In this document: piece by piece, positions 5,971 through 13,751 of the stretch
How the letters are laid out: every line of letters begins with the position of its first letter
How positions within the stretch are numbered: the first letter of the stretch is position 1
Assembly (NCBI GenBank): GCA_046484135.1
Contig: JAWOBU010000103.1
Span: forward strand, 1 to 13,751
From: a bacterium
Lineage (GTDB): Bacteria > RBG-13-61-14 > DATKZS01
Length of the DNA: 13,751 nt
Direction: 5' to 3'
The notes under the pieces: model-generated
What the model was told of the DNA's origin: nothing
The model's database searches: none
Seen by the model: only the letters and a program-made list of their open reading frames with translations
Made by a program: the position numbers and the translations under genes

Positions 5971-8103
5971 CTACGAGCTTTTGCCCAGTACCGCGGTAGG
6001 CCGGCCGGCAATCTGTCGGGCCAGGACCGCCCGGTTTCTGCCGCTCTGCTTGGCCCGGTAGAGGGCCTCGTCCGCCAGCTCGATCAAGTCCTCCTTGTAC
6101 CGGCCGTCCGAGGGATACACGGAAATCCCCAGGGAAAGGCTTACCCGGAACTCCTTGCCGGAAGCGTGGAAAACCAGCTTGCCCGTCTTCTTGCGCAACC
6201 GCTCCGCAAACTCCCGGGCGCCCTCCGCGCCCGTTCCCACCATGATGAGCACGAACTCTTCGCCGCCGTAGCGGGCCGCGCTGTCCACTTTTCGGACGGA
6301 CTCCCGGAGAACCTGGGCCACCGCCTTTAGAACCTCGTCCCCCACCGGATGGCCATAGGTGTCGTTGATCCTTTTGAAACGGTCCAGGTCGCAGATGATG
6401 ACCGCGAGCTCGTGGCCAAGCCGTCCGGCCCGCTCGACCTCTTCGCCCAGCCGCTCCTGGAACCACCGATGGTTGTAAAGACCGGTAAGACCGTCCGTTA
6501 CCGCCTTCTTCTGTGTCTCCCGGTGGAGCATGGCGTTATGGATGGACACCGCGGCAAGGTCGGCCAGGATGCCCGCGGTCTGGACCTTGTGCCGGGAAAA
6601 AGCGTCGGCAAGATGAGAGTAGAAAACCATGGCCCCCGGCGAGTACTTGCGTAGCGGAAGCGGGTGGATGAGTACCGACCTCATGCCGGAAGGGTCGGCA
6701 CGCCTGCCCAGCACGGGCGTGCGCTTGTCCCGGGACTCCAGGTCGGGAATATAAAGATGCTGCTTTTCGTCAAGGACCCATTGGACAAGCGTCTCGGAAA
6801 GGTCCGGCTCCCGGCCGGTGAGCCGCTCGTCAAGCTCTCCAGCGGCCCGGACCACCACGGGCGCGCCCGTCTCCTGGGAAGGAAGAACAACGCAAGCCGC
6901 GTTGAATCCGGACAGTATCTGGCCCGTTCGCATCACCGAGTCCAGCACTTCGTTTAAGTCCAAGGTCCGGCTCAGCCGGTGCCCCAGCTCCGCCAGTGCC
7001 TTCCACTGCGATGCCTCGGCCTCCCGGCGCCGCACCAGCAAGGCGTGTTCGTGGATTTCGATGACCTGCAACGATATGGAACGGACCAGCTTCTCGTCGT
7101 CCTCTGAAAACTCGTCTTCCGAAGACCGGTCGGCGACCAGTATGCCCGCGGTCCAGTCATCCTCTACAATGGGCACGGCAATAAGGTGAAGGGGAACATC
7201 AGCAGAGCCGAGATATGGAACCGCGTTCTTTAAGCGGCGGCGGCCCGATACCCGGATGCTCTCCTTCTGGTCGGCGCACCATCCCAATATGCCCTCTCCG
7301 CAGATCACCATTGACTCGCTGTCCACCTGGTCCCGGATGGTCGAGGCCTCCCGGAGGTGGAAGTCATGATCGGGGCTTGAACGCCAGTAAAGAACGCAGG
7401 CGTCCGCGCCCAGAAGCTGCCGGCCGGTGGAAAGGGCTGACGAGAAAGCCTCGTCCAGTGCATAAACCGAACGGGCGGCCTCCCGCTTCCGGCCGCTTTC
7501 GGAAAGACCCGACAGCTTGAACACGGTGTCGTCCTTCTGAAAGTCGTGGATGTCCTGCTCGAAATGCTCGAGCACCTGGAGAGCGCGCGTCTTGGAGCGG
7601 CGCTCGGTATGAACGAAGACCCCTACACCGGCGCCGAAAAGTGCCAGGAAAGCTCCGTGGATGCCAAGCCGGGACCAGGCTCCTTCCCCCGGCATCTGCA
7701 AAAGAATCCAGCCCCCTTCCAGCCCCAGGACAACCGCCCCCAAAAGAGCAGCATAGCCCGGACGCAACACCCCGGCCAGGACACCGAAAGCAAGGTAGAC
7801 CGCCGGGTACAAAGAAGAGTCCGGACCTCCGGCAGCGTGCACCGCGATAGTAACGGCAAGCATGGTCCAGAGCCCGAGCCGGAAGAGCCGGAAACGATGG
7901 TCCTCTGCCGGGCTCACCAGCTCCAGCACCTCGAGAAGGACCAGGATAAGAAGAAGGGCCACCAGCGAGTAATGGCCCATCCCCAGCCCGGAAAAATCGT
8001 CGAACTGGCCCGTCATGATAAGAAGAGAAAAAAGAACGAACAGGAGAGGACGCACCAGTCTCTTGATCCAGGTCCAGACCTCCGCGCCCTTTTCTTTACT
8101 CAT
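5971..8103 (-). CDS. Membrane-anchored diguanylate cyclase (multi-TM, 2xGAF, GGDEF), DmxA-like
   Basis: 710 aa. About six hydrophobic segments in the first ~165 aa, two GAF-like regions (GEGILGW...LIAVPI...FSEDDEKL; SVLIHPL...ADLAAVSIHNA), then DGLTGLYN, DLDRFKRINDTYGHPVGD, I-site RKVD, active site GGEEF and ADEALYRAKQSGRN. Confidence 0.93.
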   Translation of the reverse strand: MSKEKGAEVWTWIKRLVRPLLFVLFSLLIMTGQFDDFSGLGMGHYSLVALLLILVLLEVLELVSPAEDHRFRLFRLGLWTMLAVTIAVHAAGGPDSSLYPAVYLAFGVLAGVLRPGYAALLGAVVLGLEGGWILLQMPGEGAWSRLGIHGAFLALFGAGVGVFVHTERRSKTRALQVLEHFEQDIHDFQKDDTVFKLSGLSESGRKREAARSVYALDEAFSSALSTGRQLLGADACVLYWRSSPDHDFHLREASTIRDQVDSESMVICGEGILGWCADQKESIRVSGRRRLKNAVPYLGSADVPLHLIAVPIVEDDWTAGILVADRSSEDEFSEDDEKLVRSISLQVIEIHEHALLVRRREAEASQWKALAELGHRLSRTLDLNEVLDSVMRTGQILSGFNAACVVLPSQETGAPVVVRAAGELDERLTGREPDLSETLVQWVLDEKQHLYIPDLESRDKRTPVLGRRADPSGMRSVLIHPLPLRKYSPGAMVFYSHLADAFSRHKVQTAGILADLAAVSIHNAMLHRETQKKAVTDGLTGLYNHRWFQERLGEEVERAGRLGHELAVIICDLDRFKRINDTYGHPVGDEVLKAVAQVLRESVRKVDSAARYGGEEFVLIMVGTGAEGAREFAERLRKKTGKLVFHASGKEFRVSLSLGISVYPSDGRYKEDLIELADEALYRAKQSGRNRAVLARQIAGRPTAVLGKSS

Positions 8104-8384
8104 GGATTGTTCCGCGAGGAGGAGGGAAATTGAAACACGAACTCTTTCGGCTTGACCATGCCAAGCTCTTCGCGGGCCAGGCGCTCGATGTAAAGATAGT
8201 CGTCCCGAAGCCGGTCAATCTGTTGCCGGAGCTCCCGGTTACTCTCCTCCAGTTTTTCTTTCTGCCGGACCAGCGCCTCCTTCTGTCGCTTCATTTTGAT
8301 AAGACTGACCAGGCCGCGGTCCCCGAAGACAGTAAAACCCAGGATCAAGGCGATGAAAAGACCCACCGCGATCTTCAGCTTCAT
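8100..8384 (-). CDS. ftsB: Septum formation initiator FtsB/DivIC
   Basis: Likely start is ATG 8384 (RBS GGAGG at 8393-8397), giving 94 aa: short N-terminus, one TM helix, FGDRG, coiled coil, and IERLAREELGMVKPKE signature. Its TGA overlaps the cyclase ATG (ATGA at 8100-8103). Confidence 0.9.
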   Translation of the reverse strand: MKLKIAVGLFIALILGFTVFGDRGLVSLIKMKRQKEALVRQKEKLEESNRELRQQIDRLRDDYLYIERLAREELGMVKPKEFVFQFPSSSRNNP

Positions 8385-8579
8385 TTTTCGAACCTCCGCA
8401 TAATGAGCACGAGCGTATCGCTTAGCACTTATATTATAACCTGATTCATGCCTCTTTTTCCAGCCCCGGTAAAATAAGCCGCTTATATGGAAGTTCGGAC
8501 TGGCTGGACACAAGCACTTTTTGTTGATAATTTAGCTTCATGGTTTTCGCGTACTTGAACAAACCGCTTTTCCCCGAGG

Positions 8580-8791
8580 GATGGCCCACACAACTTGTTG
8601 TGTGGGTGATCGAAGATCATGGGAGAGGCCGCGGCAAGGTTTCAGCGGCGGAGCCTATTGCTTTTTTGAAATGAGCAACACCGGAAGACAGATGCAAGCC
8701 CGGTTACAGAGTACCTGCAGTCGCGCTAGGCGCGCCTGCCCACACAACAAGTTGTGTGGGCCATCATGGAGGTGAGTTGTGTGGGCCATCC
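8580..8791. repeat. REP/MITE-like element bounded by perfect 27-bp inverted repeats, plus a duplicated partial end
   Basis: GATGGCCCACACAACTTGTTGTGTGGG (8580-8606) and its exact reverse complement (8739-8765). Each copy is itself a hairpin (CCCACACAAC-NN-GTTGTGTGGG). AGTTGTGTGGGCCATC recurs at 8775-8790. Confidence 0.85.
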
Positions 8792-8896
8792 TTAATGCAA
8801 AGGATTTTCCTCAAAAAAGGTGAACCACTGCCTCCAGGCACTCAAAAATCGGAAAAGCCATAATGTATTCTTAATTTCGCCAAGGAGGTTTATAAA

Positions 8897-10195
8897 TTGA
8901 TTCGGAGCGAGGAGGAGAAACTGCCCCGCAAAAAGCTCGAGGAGCTTCAGCTCGAGCGCTTGCAGGCACTGGCGGAAAGGGTTTATGACAAGGTCCCGTT
9001 TTACAAGGAAGCCTTTGACAAGGCAGGGGTAAGCCCCCGCCACATAAAAAAGCTCTCCGACATCACCAGGCTTCCTTTTACCAGCAAGCAGGACCTGCGC
9101 GACAACTACCCCTTCAAGATGTTCGCGGTGCCCATGCACCGGCTGGTCCGGGTGCACGCGAGCTCCGGGACCACCGGCAAGCCCACGGTGGCGGGCTACA
9201 CCAAAAAGGACATAAAGCTCTGGTCCGAGCTCATGGCCCGGGCGTTCGCGTCCTCCGGGGCCTCCAAGAAGAGCGTGATCCACAACGCCTACGGCTACGG
9301 CCTTTTTACGGGCGGGCTGGGCGCCCATTACGGGGCGGAGCGTCTGGGGGCCACGGTGGTCCCGGTAAGCGGCGGGCAGACCCAGCGGCAGATGATGCTC
9401 CTGCAGGACTTCGGCCCGGACGTGATCTGCTGTACTCCTTCCTATGCCTTGAACCTGGCCGAGGTGGGCGAGAAGAGCGGGGTGGACTTTGACCGCCTGC
9501 CTTTGAAGGCCGGGGTCCTGGGCGCGGAGCCGTGGAGCGAGAACATGCGGGTCGAGATCGAACGGCGGTTGAAGATCAAGGCCATGGACATCTACGGTTT
9601 GTCCGAGATCATCGGCCCCGGGGTGGCCTGCGAGTGCATCGAGGACCAGAGCGGGGCCCACGTTTACGAGGACCACTTTATAGCGGAGGTCATAAACCCG
9701 GACACGGGCGAGCCGGTCGCGCCGGGCGAAAAGGGCGAGCTGGTCGTAACCACCCTGACCAAGGAGGCCTTCCCCCTGATCCGATACCGGACGCGCGACC
9801 TGACCTCTCTGAACCCGGAAAAGTGCGCCTGCGGCAGGACCGCGGCCCGCATGCACCGGGTGACCGGACGGACGGACGACATGCTCATCATCCGGGGCGT
9901 GAACGTGTTTCCTTCCCAGATCGAGCACGTGCTCCTGGACGTGGAGGGCCTGGAGCCTCATTACCAGATCATGGTGGACCGGGTGAACAACATGGACGTA
10001 ATGGAGGTCCAGATCGAGATGAACGAGAAGCTTTTCTCGGACGAGCTCAAGGAGCTGGACAGCCTTGCCGGCCGCATTCAGCACGACATCAAGGATTACC
10101 TGGGAGTAAGCGCCAAGGTGAGACTGGTGGAGCCGCAGACCATAGCCAGAAGCGAAGGCAAGGCCAAGCGGGTAATAGACAAGCGGGAGATTTAA
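8897..10195 (+). CDS. paaK: Phenylacetate--CoA ligase (paralog 1)
   Basis: 432 aa, TTG start with [25 protein letters not shown]-loop [73 protein letters not shown]. Confidence 0.93.
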   Translation: MIRSEEEKLPRKKLEELQLERLQALAERVYDKVPFYKEAFDKAGVSPRHIKKLSDITRLPFTSKQDLRDNYPFKMFAVPMHRLVRVHASSGTTGKPTVAGYTKKDIKLWSELMARAFASSGASKKSVIHNAYGYGLFTGGLGAHYGAERLGATVVPVSGGQTQRQMMLLQDFGPDVICCTPSYALNLAEVGEKSGVDFDRLPLKAGVLGAEPWSENMRVEIERRLKIKAMDIYGLSEIIGPGVACECIEDQSGAHVYEDHFIAEVINPDTGEPVAPGEKGELVVTTLTKEAFPLIRYRTRDLTSLNPEKCACGRTAARMHRVTGRTDDMLIIRGVNVFPSQIEHVLLDVEGLEPHYQIMVDRVNNMDVMEVQIEMNEKLFSDELKELDSLAGRIQHDIKDYLGVSAKVRLVEPQTIARSEGKAKRVIDKREI

Positions 10196-10231
10196 AGTCA
10201 AACCGGCCAAGCCGGAGACGAGGAGCGACAG

Positions 10232-10669
10232 ATGAAGGTTAACCAGCTTTCCGTTTTCGTGGAGAATCAGCCGGGGCGCCTGGCGGGCGTGGCCCGGGCG
10301 CTGGGAGAGAACGACATCAACATCATGGCCATGACCATAGCGGAGACCAAGGAGTTCGGGGTCCTGCGGATGATCGTGGCCGACTATGAAAAGGGCATGC
10401 AGGTTTTAAAGGACGCGGGCTACACCGTGGTTACCACGGAAATTCTGGCCATCGAGGTCCAGGATAAGCCGGGGGCCCTGGCCCGGGTGCTCGAGGCCTT
10501 TGCCGGCAAAAACCTGAACGTCGAGTACATGTACGCGTTCGTGGCAAGGCGCGGAGACGCGGCCATCCTGGTGTTCAGGTTCGACGACCCCGACCGGGCG
10601 GTGGACGCTTTAAAGGACTCTGAAGTCCGGGTCCTGACCAACGAAGAGGTCATCAGTCTGGAGAAGTAA
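10232..10669 (+). CDS. Tandem ACT-domain protein (paaK-associated type)
   Basis: 145 aa, QLSVFVENQPGRLA...NINI-like first ACT and DKPGALARVL...NVEYMYAF second ACT. AGGAG RBS. Confidence 0.9.
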   Translation: MKVNQLSVFVENQPGRLAGVARALGENDINIMAMTIAETKEFGVLRMIVADYEKGMQVLKDAGYTVVTTEILAIEVQDKPGALARVLEAFAGKNLNVEYMYAFVARRGDAAILVFRFDDPDRAVDALKDSEVRVLTNEEVISLEK

Positions 10670-10735
10670 ACATTTATGAGGAAAGGCGGCGCTTGCACTC
10701 CGGGTGTGCCGTCTATCAGACCAGCGTTATTCCAT

Positions 10736-10764
10736 TTGACAGACCGGAAACGGCTAAATAAAAT
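10736..10764 (+). promoter_or_regulatory. Sigma70-type promoter upstream of the second paaK
   Basis: TTGACA (10736-10741), 17-nt spacer, TAAAAT (10759-10764), in an AT-rich intergenic region ~50 nt before the start codon. Confidence 0.7.
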
Positions 10765-10815
10765 AAGCGGGTCTTTATTTTAGTTTTTCATGATTTCTTT
10801 ACGGAGTATCTTAAG

Positions 10816-12141
10816 TTGGCGAAGATAGGTCCTGAACATCATCGTATCTGGAACCACCGCTACGAGACCATGTCGGAGGACGAGCTCCGTCAGCTTCAAC
10901 TCGAGCGTTTGCAGTCCACCCTCCAGCGCGTCTCGCGCAACGTGAGCTTTTACCGCCGGCTGTTCGAGGACGAGGGGATAGACCCTGAGGACATCCAGGA
11001 CCTGTCCGACCTTTCCCGGCTTCCGTTCACCACCAAGGAGGACCTCCGGGACAACTACCCCTACGGCATGTTCGCCGTGCCTCTGAAGGACGTGGTCCGA
11101 ATCCACTCTTCTTCCGGCACCACCGGCAAGCCCACGGTAGTAGGCTACACCGCCCGGGACCTCGACAACTGGGCGGACCTGGCGGCCCGGTTCATGACCG
11201 CGGCCGGCGTAACCCGCGACGATATAGTCCAGATAGCTTTCGGCTACGGTCTTTTCACGGGCGCGTTCGGGCTTCATTACGGCTCCGAGAAGATCGGGGC
11301 CTCGGTGATCCCCATGTCTTCCGGGAACACCAGGAAGCAGATCATGATCATGCAGGACTACAAGTCCACCGCGCTGGTGTGCACTCCGACCTATGCGCTT
11401 TACATGGCCGAGGTCATGGAGGAGATGGGGGTCGAGCCCAAGAGCCTTTCCCTCAGATGGGGCCTGTTCGGCGCCGAAGCCTGGTCGGAGAGGATGCGCG
11501 ATCAGCTCGAAGAAAAGCTTCCCATTGTGGCCACCGACAACTACGGCCTGTCCGAGGTTTTGGGGCCGGGCGTTGCGGGCGAGTGTCTTTTCAAGAACGG
11601 GCACCACTGTTTTGAAGACAGCTTTATTTATGAAATAATTGATCCCCAGAGCCTGGAGCCGGTCCCGCCGGGAGAGAAGGGTGAGCTGGTAATAACGACC
11701 ATCAACAAGGAGGCCTTTCCGGTGGTCCGCTACCGCACCCGCGACATGACCCGGTTTTTGCCCGGGCCGTGCGAGTGCGGCCGGACCGGCCGGCGGATGG
11801 AGAAGATCATGGGGCGCACTGATGACATGATCATCGTGCGGGGGATAAACCTTTTCCCGTCCCAGATCGAGGACCTGCTGATGGGCATCGAAGAGGTCGA
11901 GCCGCATTACCAGATCATAGTAGAGAGGGAGAACAATCTGGACCAATTGGAAATCCAGGTCGAGATCAACGAGTCCCTCATGAGCGACGAGGTCCAGAAG
12001 CTCCAGGAGCTTCAGTCGAACATAGCCTCCCGCATCCGGGAGCTCTACCAGGTAGGGGCCCGGATCAAGCTGGTGGAGCCCCATTCCATTCAGAGGTTCG
12101 AGGGCAAGGCCCAAAGAGTCATAGACAAAAGGGAGTTATAG
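10816..12141 (+). CDS. paaK: Phenylacetate--CoA ligase family protein (paralog 2)
   Basis: 441 aa, TTG start with GGAG RBS (an ATG at 10870 is a less likely alternative). [87 protein letters not shown]. Confidence 0.9.
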   Translation: MAKIGPEHHRIWNHRYETMSEDELRQLQLERLQSTLQRVSRNVSFYRRLFEDEGIDPEDIQDLSDLSRLPFTTKEDLRDNYPYGMFAVPLKDVVRIHSSSGTTGKPTVVGYTARDLDNWADLAARFMTAAGVTRDDIVQIAFGYGLFTGAFGLHYGSEKIGASVIPMSSGNTRKQIMIMQDYKSTALVCTPTYALYMAEVMEEMGVEPKSLSLRWGLFGAEAWSERMRDQLEEKLPIVATDNYGLSEVLGPGVAGECLFKNGHHCFEDSFIYEIIDPQSLEPVPPGEKGELVITTINKEAFPVVRYRTRDMTRFLPGPCECGRTGRRMEKIMGRTDDMIIVRGINLFPSQIEDLLMGIEEVEPHYQIIVERENNLDQLEIQVEINESLMSDEVQKLQELQSNIASRIRELYQVGARIKLVEPHSIQRFEGKAQRVIDKREL

Positions 12142-12248
12142 ATATAGCAGTAGGGCGGGGTTCCGGAGTTTTCCGGAAGGCCGGCGGGCGCACATCAACA
12201 GCGCCGTGAAAGATTGACGACACCAGAACAGGAGAAGGAGGAAAAGGG

Positions 12249-13535
12249 ATGAAAAGGAAAGTAACAGGTTTGGTTTTGGCTTTGGCGCTACTGGCGCCCA
12301 TGATTGCCGGGGCGGGCAATGTGAGCTCGAAGATGGACGTGGACTTCTACGGCTACATCAAGCTGGACGCGGTCTATCAGAGTTCTTACTCGATCATGGA
12401 CCAGTACCTGGTCTACGTGCCCCCCGGAAACAAGTGCGGGCCGGGCGGCGCCGACTGCGTTGACGGCGCCCAGGACAACAGCGAGCAGGACACCTTCCAC
12501 ATGACGGCGCGGCAGAGCAGGTTCGGGTTTCTGATCAAGGGCCCGGAATCGGACGACATCAAGTCGCAGGGCCGCTTCGAGATGGACTTCTACGGCGACT
12601 GGCCGGCCCAAGATGTCGGCAAGGACCCGGACGAGAACAAGGGCATGATGATGCTCAGGCGGGCCTATGTCGAGATCATGGGAGAAAACTGGTCGGTGCT
12701 GGCCGGAAACGAGTGGATGGTGGTAAGCCCCATGTTTCCCCACGTGAACAACTACCCCTATGGCGCCGACTGCGGCAACCTGGGATACCGGATGCCCCAG
12801 ATCAGGCTCACCGGCTATGCCCTGGACAAGCAGATCATGATGCAGGTGGCCGCGGTAAACAAGATAGGCGACGTGGAAGCCCTGGACATTGATACCGGCA
12901 GGATGAACGCGGCGCCCACCTGGGAAGCGGGACTGTGGTACAAAGGACCTTTCACCGTGGCGCTGACCGGGCATTACGGACAGGAAGAGATTAAAACCGT
13001 CAGGCCTTCTCACGGCTCCACAGCACTTGCCCATTACGGCTCCAAGGTGGAAAGCTATTCCTATAACGTGAGCTTGAACATTCCGCTGGGCGATTACTTC
13101 GCCATTAACGGCGAGTGGTTCCAGGGAGCCAATCTGGACGGCTGGTACACCGGCGGCGTCCAGCAGGGCTGGGTCGAGACCGAGGACGGCGACCGGGAGG
13201 CCCTCGAGACCACCGGCGGCTGGGCCGAAATCATGATCAAGCCCTCTGACAAGCTCAAGTTCTACGTGGGCTATGGTGTGGACGACCCGGACGACGACCA
13301 GCTCGAGAACGGCACCATCGAGCCCGGGTACGCGGACAAGGACGGCAACAAGGGCATCACCAAGAACAGCATGATGTACGGGAACGTGTGGTTCAACGTG
13401 AACGAGAGCACCATGATTTCGTTCGAGTACATGCAGATGACCACCGAGTACGACCTGGCGGACAAAGATAGCGGTCTCGACTATGATAACGGGGAGACGG
13501 ACCGGTACACCCTGAGCTTCTGGTATATGTTCTAA
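12249..13535 (+). CDS. Outer-membrane beta-barrel porin, DcaP-like
   Basis: 428 aa. Sec signal peptide (MKRK, hydrophobic core, AGA cleavage), FYGYIKLDA first strand, ARQSRFG, FEMDFYG, LRRAY, RMPQIR, amphipathic strands and C-terminal aromatic YMF. GGAGG RBS. Confidence 0.8.
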   Translation: MKRKVTGLVLALALLAPMIAGAGNVSSKMDVDFYGYIKLDAVYQSSYSIMDQYLVYVPPGNKCGPGGADCVDGAQDNSEQDTFHMTARQSRFGFLIKGPESDDIKSQGRFEMDFYGDWPAQDVGKDPDENKGMMMLRRAYVEIMGENWSVLAGNEWMVVSPMFPHVNNYPYGADCGNLGYRMPQIRLTGYALDKQIMMQVAAVNKIGDVEALDIDTGRMNAAPTWEAGLWYKGPFTVALTGHYGQEEIKTVRPSHGSTALAHYGSKVESYSYNVSLNIPLGDYFAINGEWFQGANLDGWYTGGVQQGWVETEDGDREALETTGGWAEIMIKPSDKLKFYVGYGVDDPDDDQLENGTIEPGYADKDGNKGITKNSMMYGNVWFNVNESTMISFEYMQMTTEYDLADKDSGLDYDNGETDRYTLSFWYMF

Positions 13536-13567
13536 GCGGCTGGCCGCGGAAACAAGTTCAAACTATG

Positions 13568-13605
13568 GTGCGGGCGGCGGAAGTCGCGACTGAAGCCGCT
13601 CGCAC
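13568..13605. repeat. 38-bp REP-like palindrome downstream of the porin gene
   Basis: GTGCGGGCGGC/GCCGCTCGCAC 11-bp stem (one G-T pair) enclosing the palindrome AGTCGCGACT. Homologous to 878-915. Confidence 0.7.
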
Positions 13606-13649
13606 ATTGAGTTAGTTTTTAAATAGTGCCTGTTGCGAAATTCCGTTTA

Positions 13650-13701
13650 TGGAGTGCGAAAGCTTGCTTTCGCTTTCATAAGTTCCGGCTTGCCGGAGCT
13701 T
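13650..13701. repeat. TGGAGTGCG-type REP-like hairpin followed by a second GCTTGC-centred hairpin
   Basis: TGGAGT-GCGAAAGC-TT-GCTTTCGC (13650-13673) and AAGTTCCGGC-TT-GCCGGAGCTT (13680-13701) share the same GCTTGC centre. Confidence 0.55.
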
Positions 13702-13751
13702 CAAAAAAGGTGGTTTATAATCTGTGCGCCTTTTGTGAAGCGCATTTCCGG

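Noticed and set aside
8385..8513. Extended 137-aa version of ftsB
   Set aside because: The GGAGG RBS and FtsB length favour ATG 8384; the upstream part is AT-rich and contains a TATAAT (8438-8433).
8580..8790. Possible CRISPR array
   Set aside because: The two full copies are inverted, spacing is irregular (132 and 9 bp), the third copy is partial, and no cas genes are present.
8792..10210. 472-aa minus-strand ORF
   Set aside because: Antisense shadow of paaK1 caused by high-GC codon bias; no recognisable motifs.
10780..12114. 444-aa minus-strand ORF similar to the 472-aa one
   Set aside because: Antisense shadow of paaK2; the similarity just mirrors paaK paralogy.

Overview
GC-rich bacterial chromosomal window, probably from a deltaproteobacterium (Desulfobacterota/Myxococcota-like; inferred from protein styles). 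Left to right: a cluster of mobile-DNA pieces just downstream of a tRNA-Pro(CGG), including the 5' end of a probable DDE transposase gene, a 161-bp MITE carrying a REP doublet interrupted by a 30-bp hairpin insert, and other REP-like hairpins; rsmB; a minus-strand cluster of ftsB, a membrane 2xGAF-GGDEF diguanylate cyclase (DmxA-like) and an orphan PilB ATPase with a ~350-aa N-terminal extension containing a second MshEN-like motif; a 27-bp inverted-repeat element; and a paaK-ACT-paaK-porin (DcaP-like) module for aromatic-acid uptake and activation, followed by more REP-like repeats. The most interesting hypothesis is a division-coupled c-di-GMP circuit with a co-located PilB-type effector. 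The second is a family of nested IS-end/REP/hairpin miniature elements. All family assignments come from motif recognition and recollection, not database searches.
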